Positions 39,892 through 52,440 are shown, numbered from the whole stretch's first letter. The stretch is DNA of 63,776 nucleotides, filler included, from Octopus bimaculoides (GCF_001194135.2; 4 parts of 3 records of this genome joined end to end with filler, not necessarily neighbours in it), one strand, 5' to 3'. Translations and numbers: made by a program. Notes: a model not told the origin generated them from the sequence alone.

Positions 39892-40820
39892 NNNNNNNNN
39901 NNNNNNNNNNNNNNNNNNNNNNNNNNNNNNNNNNNNNNNNNNNNNNNNNNNNNNNNNNNNNNNNNNNNNNNNNNNNNNNNNNNNNNNNNNNNNNNNNNNN
40001 NNNNNNNNNNNNNNNNNNNNNNNNNNNNNNNNNNNNNNNNNNNNNNNNNNNNNNNNNNNNNNNNNNNNNNNNNNNNNNNNNNNNNNNNNNNNNNNNNNNN
40101 NNNNNNNNNNNNNNNNNNNNNNNNNNNNNNNNNNNNNNNNNNNNNNNNNNNNNNNNNNNNNNNNNNNNNNNNNNNNNNNNNNNNNNNNNNNNNNNNNNNN
40201 NNNNNNNNNNNNNNNNNNNNNNNNNNNNNNNNNNNNNNNNNNNNNNNNNNNNNNNNNNNNNNNNNNNNNNNNNNNNNNNNNNNNNNNNNNNNNNNNNNNN
40301 NNNNNNNNNNNNNNNNNNNNNNNNNNNNNNNNNNNNNNNNNNNNNNNNNNNNNNNNNNNNNNNNNNNNNNNNNNNNNNNNNNNNNNNNNNNNNNNNNNNN
40401 NNNNNNNNNNNNNNNNNNNNNNNNNNNNNNNNNNNNNNNNNNNNNNNNNNNNNNNNNNNNNNNNNNNNNNNNNNNNNNNNNNNNNNNNNNNNNNNNNNNN
40501 NNNNNNNNNNNNNNNNNNNNNNNNNNNNNNNNNNNNNNNNNNNNNNNNNNNNNNNNNNNNNNNNNNNNNNNNNNNNNNNNNNNNNNNNNNNNNNNNNNNN
40601 NNNNNNNNNNNNNNNNNNNNNNNNNNNNNNNNNNNNNNNNNNNNNNNNNNNNNNNNNNNNNNNNNNNNNNNNNNNNNNNNNNNNNNNNNNNNNNNNNNNN
40701 NNNNNNNNNNNNNNNNNNNNNNNNNNNNNNNNNNNNNNNNNNNNNNNNNNNNNNNNNNNNNNNNNNNNNNNNNNNNNNNNNNNNNNNNNNNNNNNNNNGG
40801 TAGGTAGGTAGGTAGGTAGG

Positions 40821-40869
<49 letters not shown>

Positions 40870-40891
40870 TGACAGACAGATATACACGCAC

Positions 40892-40964
<73 letters not shown>

Positions 40965-41629
40965 CTTACATATGGGTGTGTGCATGTTTGTTTACCGCTT
41001 GACAACCGGCATTGATTTATTTACGTCCTCCCACAACATATCGTTGAGGCAAGAGACTAACAGATTAAGACTTCAAAAACCAGAGTGCTTCGAGTCGATT
41101 CGTTCGACTAAGACCTTTCTAGACGCTGCCTCAGCAATTCTAACGACGGAACCAAAGGAAAAATAAAATATGAAAGATAAATGCTTCCATAAACAAATAC
41201 GCAACGATTTTCCAAAAATATATATATGTAGACGCAAAATTCAAATAGTTTTGATATTTTTTGTTTTTTGTTGGTATATTCTTGCTTTTTTTTTTTTTTG
41301 GTAGCCCAAGGAGGGACTGTTGTAAAGAGATCTCGCAGTTTACTATGTTTGCATAAGCAAATCATTTCCGGTACAGACGCATTGAAGAAATATAAAATTA
41401 TGGAGTTATGGAATTCTTGAAAAATATTACCTTTCTGTTTTATAATATTCTGATTATAATATATTGATCTTGTCAAACTTAATGTATGTACGTATGGGTA
41501 GATATCACTATTCGTTGTGCAGCAAATTCCACGTACGTGTATGCATATACATTAATATATACATAAATGCATGTACGTGTGTATACATATATACATATAT
41601 ACTCTTTACTCTCTCTCTCTCTCTCTCTT

Positions 41630-41857
41630 TTACTTGTTTCAGTCATTTTGATTGTGGCCATGCTGGAGCATCGCCTTTAGTCGAGCAAATCGACCCCAGG
41701 ACTTGTAAGTCTAGTACTTATTCTATCGGTCTCCTTTGCCGAACCACTAAGTTACACACCAGCATCGGTTGTCAAGCGATGTTGGGGGGACAAACACAGA
41801 CACACAAACATATACACACACAAACATATACACACACAAACATATACACACACATAC

Positions 41858-41906
<49 letters not shown>

Positions 41907-42080
41907 TATATACGACGGGCTTCTTTCAGTTTCCATCCACCAAATCCACTCACAAAGCTTTGGTCGGCCCGAGGCTACAGTAGAAGACACTTGCTCAAGG
42001 TGCCACGCAGTGGGATTGAACCCTGAACCATGTGTTTCGTAAACAAGCTACTTACGACGCAGCCACTCTTACGCCTATAC
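41630..42080 (-). mobile_element. SINE family B, full length, with internal microsatellite
   Basis: Complete head (GGGTTCAATCCCACTGCGTGGCACCTTGAGCAAGTGTC), (TA)/(TG) tract and tail. Confidence 0.9.
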
Positions 42081-42113
42081 ATAAATATATATATATATAT
42101 TTATGTATATATG

Positions 42114-42165
<52 letters not shown>

Positions 42166-42365
42166 CGTGTGTGTGTGCGTGTGTTGTGTGTGTGTGTGTT
42201 TGTGTGTTTGTGTGTGTGTCTGTGTGTCTGTGTCTGTGTGTGTGTGTATATATATATTTATTTATATATTATTGAATTTAAATATATATATATATACATA
42301 TATGTATATATACAGTATATGATAAAGTCATACATATCATATACTGTATATATACATATATGTAT

Positions 42366-42454
<89 letters not shown>

Positions 42455-42617
42455 TATTTTTATACACACACACACACATATGTATATATGCATATATATA
42501 TGCATATATACATATGTGTGTGTGTGTGTATAAAATTTTTGTCCATTAGAATACAATATTCCGTCGCATACACACTATGTCTATCAATACATAAATACAG
42601 ACAAACACGCGCGCACA

Positions 42618-42668
<51 letters not shown>

Positions 42669-43149
42669 AGATTTACTTCTAAATCTCTTAGTTTTTTGTT
42701 CTGTTTTGTTTTGTTTTTTTTTCTTTATTATTCGTTTGAACAAACGTCTCAGATGCATACTTGTCAACATCGCTCTCATGTGCTGCCGCAAATTTTAACC
42801 ATGAGACCATTTCAGGAAGATTATCATCAAAGACAATGAATCTCAAAGACTCATCTAAACGTAAATCCTAGAGGATGCTCGCTGTCTCAACCATATGCAA
42901 ATTCACTAAATTGAGAATAATATTTAAATGAATAACAATGATGCTTTCGGCTAAAGTAATTCAATTCTTGGTTGTAGTAGCCATGGATTGGAATGTTCTG
43001 GTTGTTGTAGTGAAGGTGGAACCTTCAGAAGTTTTTCCTCCAGGGCCAATTTCTGTTTGCAAATCTATTGCGAAATTTATTTTCCTCATTACGGTTGTTC
43101 ATGTATTGTTTGCATTTTAGATCATATCAATATCTATCTATCTATCTAT

Positions 43150-43590
43150 CTATCACTGTGTGTGTGTGCGCGTGTGTGCGCGTGTGTGTGCGTGTGTGTA
43201 TGTGTGGTAGGGTGCGTGTGTTTGTGTGTGTTAGTGTGGTAGTGTGTGTGTATGTGTGTGTGCGTGTTTATGTGTGGTAGTGTATGTATCTGTGTTTGTG
43301 GTATGGTATGTGTATGTGTATGCAAGCGCGTGTGTGGTAGCGTAGTAGTGTGTGTGTGTGTGTGGTAGTCTGGTAGTGTGGGTTATGTGTGTGTCTGTGG
43401 TAGGATGTGTGTGCGTGCGTGTGTATGTCTGTGTGCGTGTGTGTGTCTGTGTTTGTGTGTGTGGTAGTGTGTGTATGTGTACGTGTGTCGGTGTGGTAGG
43501 GTAGTAGTGTGTGTGTTGTAGTTTGGTTGTGTAGGTGTATGTGTGCGTGTGTGTGTGTATGTCTGTGTGCGTGTGCATGTGTGTGTCTGT
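43150..43590. repeat. Cryptic (GT)n satellite with GTGGTAG units
   Basis: Directly visible; explains ORF 43231-43578. Confidence 0.85.
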
Positions 43591-43594
43591 GTAA

Positions 43595-43780
43595 AAGGAG
43601 CGTAGCTTAGTGCTTACGGTACTCGGCTCACGATTGTAAAGACGTGGTTTCGATTCCTGACGGCGCGTTCAGTCCTTCAGCAAGTCACTTTATTTCAGTC
43701 CACTCTGTATTTGAATGCGCCTCCCTTGCCACATATTTAGTCTCGCTAAATCTCACTCAGAACTACGTTAAACGAGAACT
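43595..43780 (+). mobile_element. Degenerate tRNA-derived SINE
   Basis: TAGCTTAGTG A-box-like and GGTTTCGATTCC B-box; tail AGAACTACGTTAA is shared with family C. Confidence 0.55.
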
Positions 43781-44329
43781 ACACTGGTAACTTTTTCCTT
43801 TTAAAACGTCATTGCATGAGATTGATACCATGAAATTCCTCGAATTGAGCTCTATCATTTAAGTTTAATTAAAATATAGTCTGTTTTTAAAATAAAGAAA
43901 TTGAATTACACATGAATCTAATTTTTTTGTCTTATATTTTTTCATTATATTTTACCTCACAACTTTTTTTTAATACAGATTTTCATTGCATGGAACCGAA
44001 ACTATGAAATTCCTCATGCTTTCTTCTACCATTGAAGCTAAGATAAATATATTTTGCTTTTTTAAAATAAAAAAGCTATTTAGATCTAAAAGTGATTAGA
44101 GGCTTTACCTACTCTCCTATAACGTTGCTACAAATTTTGATGTGAACTTTTTTTCTACTTTATACCAAAATGTAGTTAGAGACCAGTCCTCTACAAAAAT
44201 GTTAACGCTTTTCAATTTGGTTAAGAACTGAATTAACGACAAAGCTCTGAAAGATGTTGCATGTGTGTAAATTGCGGCCTTAAGAATATTATTCAACTAC
44301 TACCGTAATTGAATGATAGAAGCGACCTG

Positions 44330-44495
44330 ACAGAATCATTAGAAAGCCGGGCAAAAATATTTCGCGACTTTCCGCCTGTTTTTGCGTCCTGTGTTGAAAT
44401 TTCGCCGAGGTTGACCTTGCCAAAATATTGAATACTGAGATCGTTTTAAACGACTTATTTCCGAATTTGTTGGCCTTGTGACAAAATTTGGAATC
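44330..44495 (+). mobile_element. Degenerate SINE family A copy
   Basis: GACAGAATCATTAG..GTTGAAATTTCGCCGAGGTTGACCTTGCC..GGCCTTGTGACAAAATTTGG. Confidence 0.65.
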
Positions 44496-45264
44496 AATGT
44501 TATAGAACGTCTGTATTAATAGCGGCATTAATAGCTAATTATTTACCGACCTCTCTTTTAGATTTCATCATTGAATAAAGAAATCACCTGGACGTTTAAG
44601 AAATCTTGTGATATTAAACCACAAAGTTTTCATTCAGAAACATTCACTAATTATACCAGATTAAAATGAAAGCTCTGTGTTTAAAATATTCCCTTTTGAT
44701 GAAAAACCTGCAGGTGATAGCATACAAAGAAACACAGTTCCCGTTTACAAGAACTGGACAGAAAAACGTTATTTATCAACATTTTCAGAATCTTAGAGAA
44801 TAATTTATCTCTAATATTGCCACAGGATTTTATCAGTGGGATACATTGTATCCTATTGACAACACGTTCTCTCGGATTTTAAATCATTTAATAGCATCTT
44901 CAGACTCAATCAAAGATATAATTGTATATTACAGAATTACAGAACATCAGACTGCAAAGTTGAAATACGTATTGAAAGAAACCGATTTTCTTATGGTAAA
45001 CTGTACAAATCTTTTCATAATTTATTGCATCGAGCTGAATAAATGATCCAAGTATATACAAGGTATACAGAACACTTGGGAACTTCCATTAAACTCCAAT
45101 TATGACTTATTTGAAGATTCAATTGAATATTTATTTTACGATACTTTGACGCTTATTGGAAATTGCGTCGTTTTTCGGAAAATCAAATGCACATATACAT
45201 GCATACATACATATACGCTTATACATGTGTGAGTGGGTGGGGTGTATAGATAGATAGATACATG

Positions 45265-45296
<32 letters not shown>

Positions 45297-45331
45297 NNNN
45301 NNNNNNTATATATATATATATATATTTATAT

Positions 45332-45461
45332 TACGAGAGTGAGTCAAAAAGTAATGCCATTTTGTTTAGGACAGGTATAATTACCAACACAGGAACATGT
45401 ATCATACATCAAAATGAAGCTGGTCCTCTGTGGATTACATCCCTACTTCTCAACATAGTCA
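45332..45461 (+). mobile_element. mariner-type 5' terminus (TIR) fragment
   Basis: TA-CGAGAGTGAGTCAAAAAGTAATGCC resembles TACGAGGG..TCAAAAAGT mariner ends; no ORF follows. Confidence 0.55.
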
Positions 45462-45770
45462 CTACTATAGCCTCGAGTCAACCAAAGCATTGTAGAATGG
45501 ATTTGGTAGAGGGGAAACTGAAAAGAAGCCCGTTGTATATTTGTGTGGAGATGTGTACGCCATTGTGTCTCTATTTGTTCCCCACCACCAATTGGCAACT
45601 GGTGCTGGTGTGTTTACGTCCCCGTAACTTAGCGGTTCGCCAAAAGACGGATACAACAAGTACCAGACTTTAAAAAAATACAAATATTGGGATCGATTCA
45701 ATCGATTAAAAATTTTTCAACCCGGTGCTCCAGCATGGCCGCAGTCTAATGACTGAAACAAATAAAATGT
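45462..45770 (+). mobile_element. SINE family B, 5'-truncated
   Basis: CTACTATAGCCTCGAG..GGTGCTCCAGCATGGCCGCAGTCTAATGACTGAAACA. Confidence 0.85.
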
Positions 45771-46233
45771 GGCAAGAAAGTTTTTAATTCTTTTTGCAAA
45801 GATTTGTACAATTTTCTTCTTGATAATTTTGTGATTTATTTATCGAAAATCACTTCTAACGAACCAACAATCAACCAACAATAAGCCAGGTCTCAAGAAA
45901 CCATTTTGTTTTGAGGGAGTTACAAAAAAGAAAAGACAAAATGTTTAGTAAAAATACTGCCCTAAGAAAATATAAAAAGATAATCGCAAAATTTAAAAGA
46001 TTAAAGGTATGTCTCCGGGAAACAAAATGATTGAAGAGAGTTCCATAAGACAGGTGTTCGAGGAATAAAAGAAAATAATGGAAAAAACAAAAACGAAAGT
46101 CTTCTTTCGAGAGGAGAGAACGACAGAGGAGGGGGGAGAATTAATTTTTTAAAAAAGGTGAGTTATTCGGATTGCGTCTCTGAGAGAAGAAACCTCGGCA
46201 GAATAATTAACACGGAAGAAATAATAGAATTGA

Positions 46234-46363
46234 GAAGAAGAAGAAGAAGAAGAAGAAGAAGAAGAAGAAGAAGAAGAAGAAGAAGAAGAAGAAGAAGAAG
46301 AAGAAGAAGAAGAAGAAGAAGAAGAAGAAGAAGAAGAAGAAGAAGAAGAAGAAGAAGAAGAAG

Positions 46364-46392
<29 letters not shown>
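46234..46392. repeat. (GAA)53 microsatellite
   Basis: Directly counted from coordinates. Confidence 0.95.
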
Positions 46393-46394
<2 letters not shown>

Positions 46395-46682
46395 CGATAG
46401 ATATGACAAGTTAGCTTGGGAAGTTAAGCAGTTGTGGTCGATGAAAAATGTAGCAGTAGTATCAATAATTGTCGGAGCCCTGGGAATAGTGAGCAAAAAT
46501 CTCGAGAAGTACGTGGAACAAATAGGGGCTGCAGTAATGGTGGAGCACTTGCAGAAAACAGCACTGCTTGGAACCGCTCGAATACTCCGGAAGGAGTTCG
46601 AAAAATAAGAGGTGTTACCTTAGTTCACTGGTAGAACTGGCACCGTAGTACATCTCCAGCGTTAGATGCTGTGCAAAGACAA
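46393..46682 (+). mobile_element. R4/Dong-type non-LTR retrotransposon 3' end (REL endonuclease C-terminus plus 3' UTR)
   Basis: 46393-46608 reads VDRYDKLAWEVKQLWSMKNVAVVSIIVGALGIVSKNLEKYVEQIGAAVMVEHLQKTALLGTARILRKEFEK*, matching the KY.DL..E...LW....V.P.V.GALG...K......QKTALLGTARILRK signature. Followed by (AAT)n. Confidence 0.88.
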
Positions 46683-46684
46683 TA

Positions 46685-46746
<62 letters not shown>

Positions 46747-46757
46747 TAATAATAATA
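46685..46757. repeat. (AAT)n microsatellite
   Basis: Directly visible. Confidence 0.95.
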
Positions 46758-46937
46758 ACAACAACATCGGAAAAATAGCTTAGGAATGAGACTCCAGGTT
46801 CGAAATTCCCCCAAGACACCTGATGAAGGCTGGAGGGTATATCAGCCGAAACGTTGTGTTAACAATAAACAAGATGAGGACAAATATCCGGCAAATGTAA
46901 ATAATGTATATAATTCCTCATCTCTTAAATATAGAAA
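46758..46937 (+). mobile_element. Penelope-like pLTR segment (same family as 60330-60520)
   Basis: AACATCGGAAAAATAGCTTAGGAATGA..ACAAATATCC..AATGTAAATAATGTA aligns by eye to the reverse complement of 60390-60520. Confidence 0.75.
46815..46860 (+). ncRNA. Minimal type I hammerhead ribozyme motif (family 1), core intact
   Basis: GACAC-CTGATGA-A-GGCTGG-agggtata-TCAGCC-GAAA-CGT-T-GTGTT: stem I GACAC/GUGUU, 6-bp stem II, palindromic ACGU helix III, GUU cleavage triplet. Confidence 0.8.
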
Positions 46938-47619
46938 TGAAACGTTGAATCGTTAAAGATATCATCGGGAAGAAGATTATTAATAACTAAGAGCGAAAAG
47001 GAAACTTTGCAGAAAACCGGATGAGAAGTTGTAAACATCCGAAATGTAGTTGAACCTGTTCACATATCGCAGTCATTAGATCAACAGTGAAGCAAGAGGA
47101 ACGGAAACCAATTCGTTAATAAGAAAGTGAATGATTTGAAATTGGTCAAAGACACAATTAACTTGCTAACTATAAGATGTTTGGTGGTGCGAATAAGCAT
47201 TATTGAAGGGTTGCCAGGAAACATACAGATGCATACGTTTAACGAACTATCAGGAATCATTAGATTGTCTTGTGTGTTAGATATTGGCAAGATATGTTGT
47301 TAGTTTTATCTTTTCATTCGTAGAATTTTGGCAGAGTTCCATGAAGAGGCATGCCTCAGTCAGATTGTCTAAACAGTCGTTGAGAATTTCTGACGGTTGT
47401 TCAATAATTCCACACACAAAAAAAAACGGTCTATTAGATTAGTATTAACTATTTTTTCTCCAGTTGAGTGTGTCGGCATCGCGGTAATGAACTTTTGTAT
47501 GTCTGCTTGTTTACATTAATTCGTGATTTGCAACTGTACCATCATTTTAATCATCATCATGATGAACCGCTGAACATTACTGTCTAGTTCTAAGACTTGG
47601 TTGTTAAGTGACCGAGAAC

Positions 47620-47770
47620 AGAAGATTCCCCTCGAACGGGACACCAGTCCATTACAGCTGAGTGGACTGGAGCAACGTGAAATGAGGTGCTTTGCTCAAG
47701 AACACAAGGCAAGTCCGGTCCAGGAATAGAAACCGCGACCTTCCAACCATGACTGCAACAGCCTTAACCT
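47620..47770 (-). mobile_element. SINE family E copy
   Basis: Minus strand: GGTTAAGGC..TTGAGCAAAGCACCTC..GCTCCAGTCCACTCAGCTGTAATGGACTGGTGTCCCGTTCGAGGGG. Confidence 0.7.
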
Positions 47771-47779
47771 GTAAACCAG

Positions 47780-48030
47780 GTGTAAAACTGGATAACCTGA
47801 CCGGCACCAAATCTATCGACTTAGGTTCATCTGGTTCATCTGGTATTTCTATCGTTCTTTGAAGACCTCCACATCTACACCTCACAAACCTCTAAGGTTA
47901 TTAGGAAGAAAGTTAAACAGTTGTGATTCCTTGAAACTCAAGGTGTTACAGTTCTGGGTCCTTTTTCTATATGGAGAAGACGTCCACTTCGCTGTTTGGT
48001 ATAGCTTTCGATTCCAAAGTTAAGTTATAT
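47780..48030 (-). mobile_element. CR1-type LINE C-terminal fragment
   Basis: Minus frames NFGIESYTKQRSGR.. and QLFNFLPNNLRGL*GVDVEVFKER..IPDEP resemble the CR1 end (LFN.LP..IR.L.GV.V..FK..LD.FL..IPDEP). Confidence 0.7.
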
Positions 48031-48039
48031 ATACACACA

Positions 48040-48115
48040 TACGTGGCACGCGGTGGAACTGAACCCCGAACCATGTGGTTGGGAAGTAAGCTTCTTATTA
48101 CACAGTCACACCTGC

Positions 48116-48117
<2 letters not shown>
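48040..48117 (-). mobile_element. SINE family B head fragment
   Basis: Minus strand: GTAATAAGAAGCTTACTTCCCAACCACATGGTTCGGGGTTCAGTTCCACCGCGTGCCAC. Confidence 0.75.
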
Positions 48118-48169
<52 letters not shown>

Positions 48170-48355
48170 NNNNNNNNNNNNNNNNNNNNNNNNNNNNNNN
48201 NNNNNNACTTATACGTCTGTTGATCGTACAGTTGTGCATTTATATTCCACTATTTCTCTGTCCGTCTTTATGTCTCTCTACTTCCCTGCATCTATTTTAT
48301 TTTGCTAATTCTTTTGGCAATACCATCGCTCTCTCTATCTCTCTCTCTCTCTCTG

Positions 48356-48386
<31 letters not shown>

Positions 48387-48767
48387 CACAAACTCACACA
48401 CACACCTACACAAACACACACAGAGTCATTCAGGAGAAGCTCTTTGTCATTGTCTCGACGATATAGCTCTTGTGACTCCCTTCCTCTGTCTGTAACCAAA
48501 CAGTTTTTTCTACATTTTGTTGACGAAGCTGTTTACAAATCGTCACCGATTCTCAAAAGAAATCTGTCGGATGTTTTAATTACCGCAAGTTGACAGAAAC
48601 AACTGGATGTTTTCCACACATTACAGCTTGTAACATTCTTTGGTAAACACAATGAACAGTTGAGATGATGGCTTTGAAAATACAGAGAAAAAGAAAAATT
48701 ACAGAAATACTTGCATACATATACCTATTTATTCATCTGTATATAGATCTATCTATTTATCTTCCTT

Positions 48768-48817
<50 letters not shown>

Positions 48818-49221
48818 NNNNNNNNNNNNNNNNNNNNNNNNNNNNNNNNNNNNNNNNNNNNNNNNNNNNNNNNNNNNNNNNNNNNNNNNNNNNNNNNNNN
48901 NNNNNNNNNNNNNNNNNNNNNNNNNNNNNNNNNNNNNNNNNNNNNNNNNNNNNNNNNNNNNNNNNNNNNNNNNNNNNNNNNNNNNNNNNNNNNNNNNNNN
49001 NNNNNNNNNNNNNNNNNNNNNNNNNNNNNNNNNNNNNNNNNNNNNNNNNNNNNNNNNNNNNNNNNNNNNNNNNNNNNNNNNNNNNNNNNNNNNNNNNNNN
49101 NNNNNNNNNNNNNNNNNNNNNNNNNNNNNNNNNNNNNNNNNNNNNNNNNNNNNNNNNNNNNNNNNNNNNNNNNNNNNNNNNNNNNNNNNNNNNNNNNNNN
49201 NNNNNNNNNNNNNNNNNNNNN

Positions 49222-49257
<36 letters not shown>

Positions 49258-49272
49258 ATATATAATGTATGC

Positions 49273-49303
<31 letters not shown>

Positions 49304-49423
49304 AATTAACGGACAGAGATTGTGTGAAAGACTGTCACACACACACACATATATACATAAGTGTATGCTTACATATCATTTATATATGTGTGTGTATATA
49401 TACATATAGATATGTATACATAT

Positions 49424-49457
<34 letters not shown>

Positions 49458-49479
49458 GAATATATAAGACAGTCTCTCG

Positions 49480-49635
49480 CACAATCTGTGTCTACCAAAT
49501 TCACTCACAGGGAAATGCTGGGCGTAAAGGCAATAGTGGAAGACACATGACCCAGATGCCTCGCGGTGGGAATGAACCCGAAGCCAGATGCTTGCAAAGC
49601 GAGCTACATCTGCATCACCAAGCCATGTCTGCATC
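49480..49635 (-). mobile_element. Diverged SINE family B 5' half
   Basis: Minus strand: GGGTTCATTCCCACCGCGAGGCATCTGGGTCATGTGTCTTCCACTATTGCC. Confidence 0.65.
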
Positions 49636-50354
49636 AGCGTAGATCGCTTCTTAATTAGATTCTCAATACGCACACATTTCCTTTCCTGCCTGTATTTTTC
49701 TTATTGGTCTTCATCGTAAATAACAAATTGACTTTGCGGTCATTGTTCTGGCATGGAATGTGGTATTATCCGGTGCTTTGTTCGGCTTATTCCCCCTGCA
49801 GGGTCCCGTGGAATATCTCTTTATTTCGGGAACTGGAAATTATCAGTACCGTTACTATCTGCTTTAGCGCCTACTCTCTCTCTCTCTCTCTCTCTCACCC
49901 TCTCTCCCCTTCTCTCTCTCTCTCTCTCTCCCTCTCTCCCCTTCTCTCTCTCTCTCGCTTTCTCTCTCTCTCTCTCTTCTTCTCTCTCTCCCTCTCTCTC
50001 TCTCTCTCCGGCAGTGTTGTTGTTGTTGTTGCTGTACATTCTCGTTGTTTACGGTTCTCATTACGTTCCAGACAGAGTGTTTCAATTACTGAGGATAATA
50101 CCTGGAAATACGAACAACACGAAGATGACGGTGATAATAATGAGGTTAATGAGGATTGAGTTGGTGGTGGTGCTGGTGGTGCTGGTGACGGTGGAAGTAG
50201 TGGTTGCGGAAGGGTGGTGGTGGTGGTGGTGGTGTGGTGGTGTGGTGGTGGTGGTAATGGTGGTATGGTAGTTGTGGTTAAGGCGGATGTGGCCGTGGCG
50301 TCGGTGGTAGTGGTGGTGATGGTCGTCGTCGAGGTAAATATGGCGGTGGTAGTG

Positions 50355-50454
50355 NNNNNNNNNNNNNNNNNNNNNNNNNNNNNNNNNNNNNNNNNNNNTT
50401 AATTAATTAANNNNNNNNNNNNNNNNNNNNNNNNNNNNNNNNNNNNNNNNNNNN
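50355..50454. other. Artificial 100-bp scaffold linker N44-TTAATTAATTAA-N44
   Basis: Same structure as 27643-27742. Confidence 0.95.
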
Positions 50455-50495
50455 GGATCCAACTTGTACAAATGCAAAACAAAAGTCAAACATAA

Positions 50496-50527
<32 letters not shown>

Positions 50528-50529
50528 TG

Positions 50530-50614
<85 letters not shown>

Positions 50615-51310
50615 TGATAATAATCTTAATATTAATACGAATAAAATTAACGAACACCAAAGAACCAATATAACCCCAGTGAAGAATGATAACACCAAAA
50701 CATATAACTTAAGAAAACCGTACAGAAATAACTCCAATAAAACGGACACTATTGAAAATAAAGATAACTATAGAAAGAAATATAATAATCATAACAGCAA
50801 CTTTACACTCTACACGATCACTAAGGATAGCTTCTACACCAAAAATAATAATATTAAAATAAACGAAATAGCGATAGGATCAGGTTAATAATCCCCTTTG
50901 CGATGCAGCTTAAATCTAACATAGTTCACTCCCTAATGAGACTTATAGATAAGCACTTGAACTTAAACAACAAATACTCAGGAATCTTTAAGAATGAAAT
51001 TAGAGTAGGCCATAGGCTAACTACTAACCTAGCTACCTCGATCAACAATAGTAAGGTAGACGTCTTCTACGAAACTAGGAAAAATGCCAACATAAAATAT
51101 AACTGCCAACAGGCAAATGGAATGAATCTCGTCCCTGATAATTCGCCCTCAAACAATACGGACAACGACCTCATAAATAATACCACTCCCACAACATAAC
51201 ATAAGCACGGATAACCTGAATAATTAAATGTGGCTGCAGAGACAGAAATAAGTATCAATTTTCGAATACGTGTAAAACAAAAAATGTAATACACCAATGT
51301 GATGTACTCG
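50455..51310 (+). mobile_element. Penelope-like element remnant: Asn-rich linker, post-RT region and start of the GIY-YIG domain
   Basis: RIRLIIPFAMQLKSNIVHSLMRLIDKHL..YSGIFKNEIRVGH resembles PP(F/Y)...VK.NIG..FL.LIDKHF..L.KIFNRN.IKVSY. CGCRDRNKYQFSNTCKTKNVIHQCDV (51230-51305) resembles the CxC..CP...C...VIY segment that opens the PLE endonuclease. Confidence 0.75.
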
Positions 51311-51550
51311 CAAATTTCCATATACAACGAACGCACACGCATACATATATATATGCATACACACACACATACATACATACATACATACATGTGTATACAC
51401 ATGCACGCTGACGCACACACTTGCGCACAAACAAACAAACAAACAAACAAACACATCTCCGATAACGGACAGAGTCAACAACTGCTGAAGAGGTTGAAAG
51501 AAGCAACGAAAATTTTATTTAAAAAAAAGTAAATGAGTGGAAATCGAACC

Positions 51551-51615
<65 letters not shown>

Positions 51616-51739
51616 TAACAATGCATTAAAACAGAACGATTCACCCCCAGACACAACACAATACACTTCAACGCATGTATTCACATAAAGAATCTTGCAA
51701 CCGAAATACAAAAACGAAATAAAATAAGCTTTGGCTAAG

Positions 51740-52200
51740 CTAGCAAGACGCTGAAAGATACTATGTTCTGCTGTCCAAAAATCAAAGTATCTACTCGACA
51801 GCTCCACTTCATTAAAGCATGCATCTTCTCCAGACTATACCCGAAATCTGTAAATCTGGCTTTCAAGCGGCTAGGACTCACAGAATAATCAAGCAAGAAA
51901 AGTAAAACACACGATGTTACAAAACATGAAAACAAAATATACACAGTAATCGACCTGTACCAAAAACGAAAGATGGTCCGTTTGCATGAACTGAAAAACA
52001 CGAAAGAGACATATTCATGACACACATCCAACAAGAATTCTACCGAGTAAATCATGTCTGTAATAAACGCTTTAACAACAAACTCAACGGAGTAGACACA
52101 CAATTTACAGTACTTTCGGCTTTTCCATATTCGACTACTCCATTGGACATGCATATTTTAGAAGTAAACATTCGATATTCACTATATTCTTCATTTAACA
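51740..52200 (+). mobile_element. Probable Penelope-like ORF N-terminal remnant
   Basis: RQLHFIKACIFSRLYPK resembles the PLE N-terminal L.FL..C....L.PK motif; decayed. Confidence 0.4.
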
Positions 52201-52440
52201 AGTGAAGGAGATTTAACTAAAGAAAACTGATCGGGACTTAAAAGTATTCTTAACATTTTCCCTCACTATTTAACTCGCAATTTTCCCTGTTTCTTTTCAC
52301 TATTTTTTCTCGCATTTCCTCACGGAGTCGCTATGGTATTTGAACCTGAAATATTGATGGATCAGGCATGGTAGACTATATAAGCTCGTCCAACTACGCA
52401 ATAACATTTGCTTCAGAAAATAGTAGACATACGCATACAT

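Noticed and set aside
43810-44090. Two diverged ~175-bp direct repeats
   Set aside because: An ordinary local tandem duplication with no further structure.
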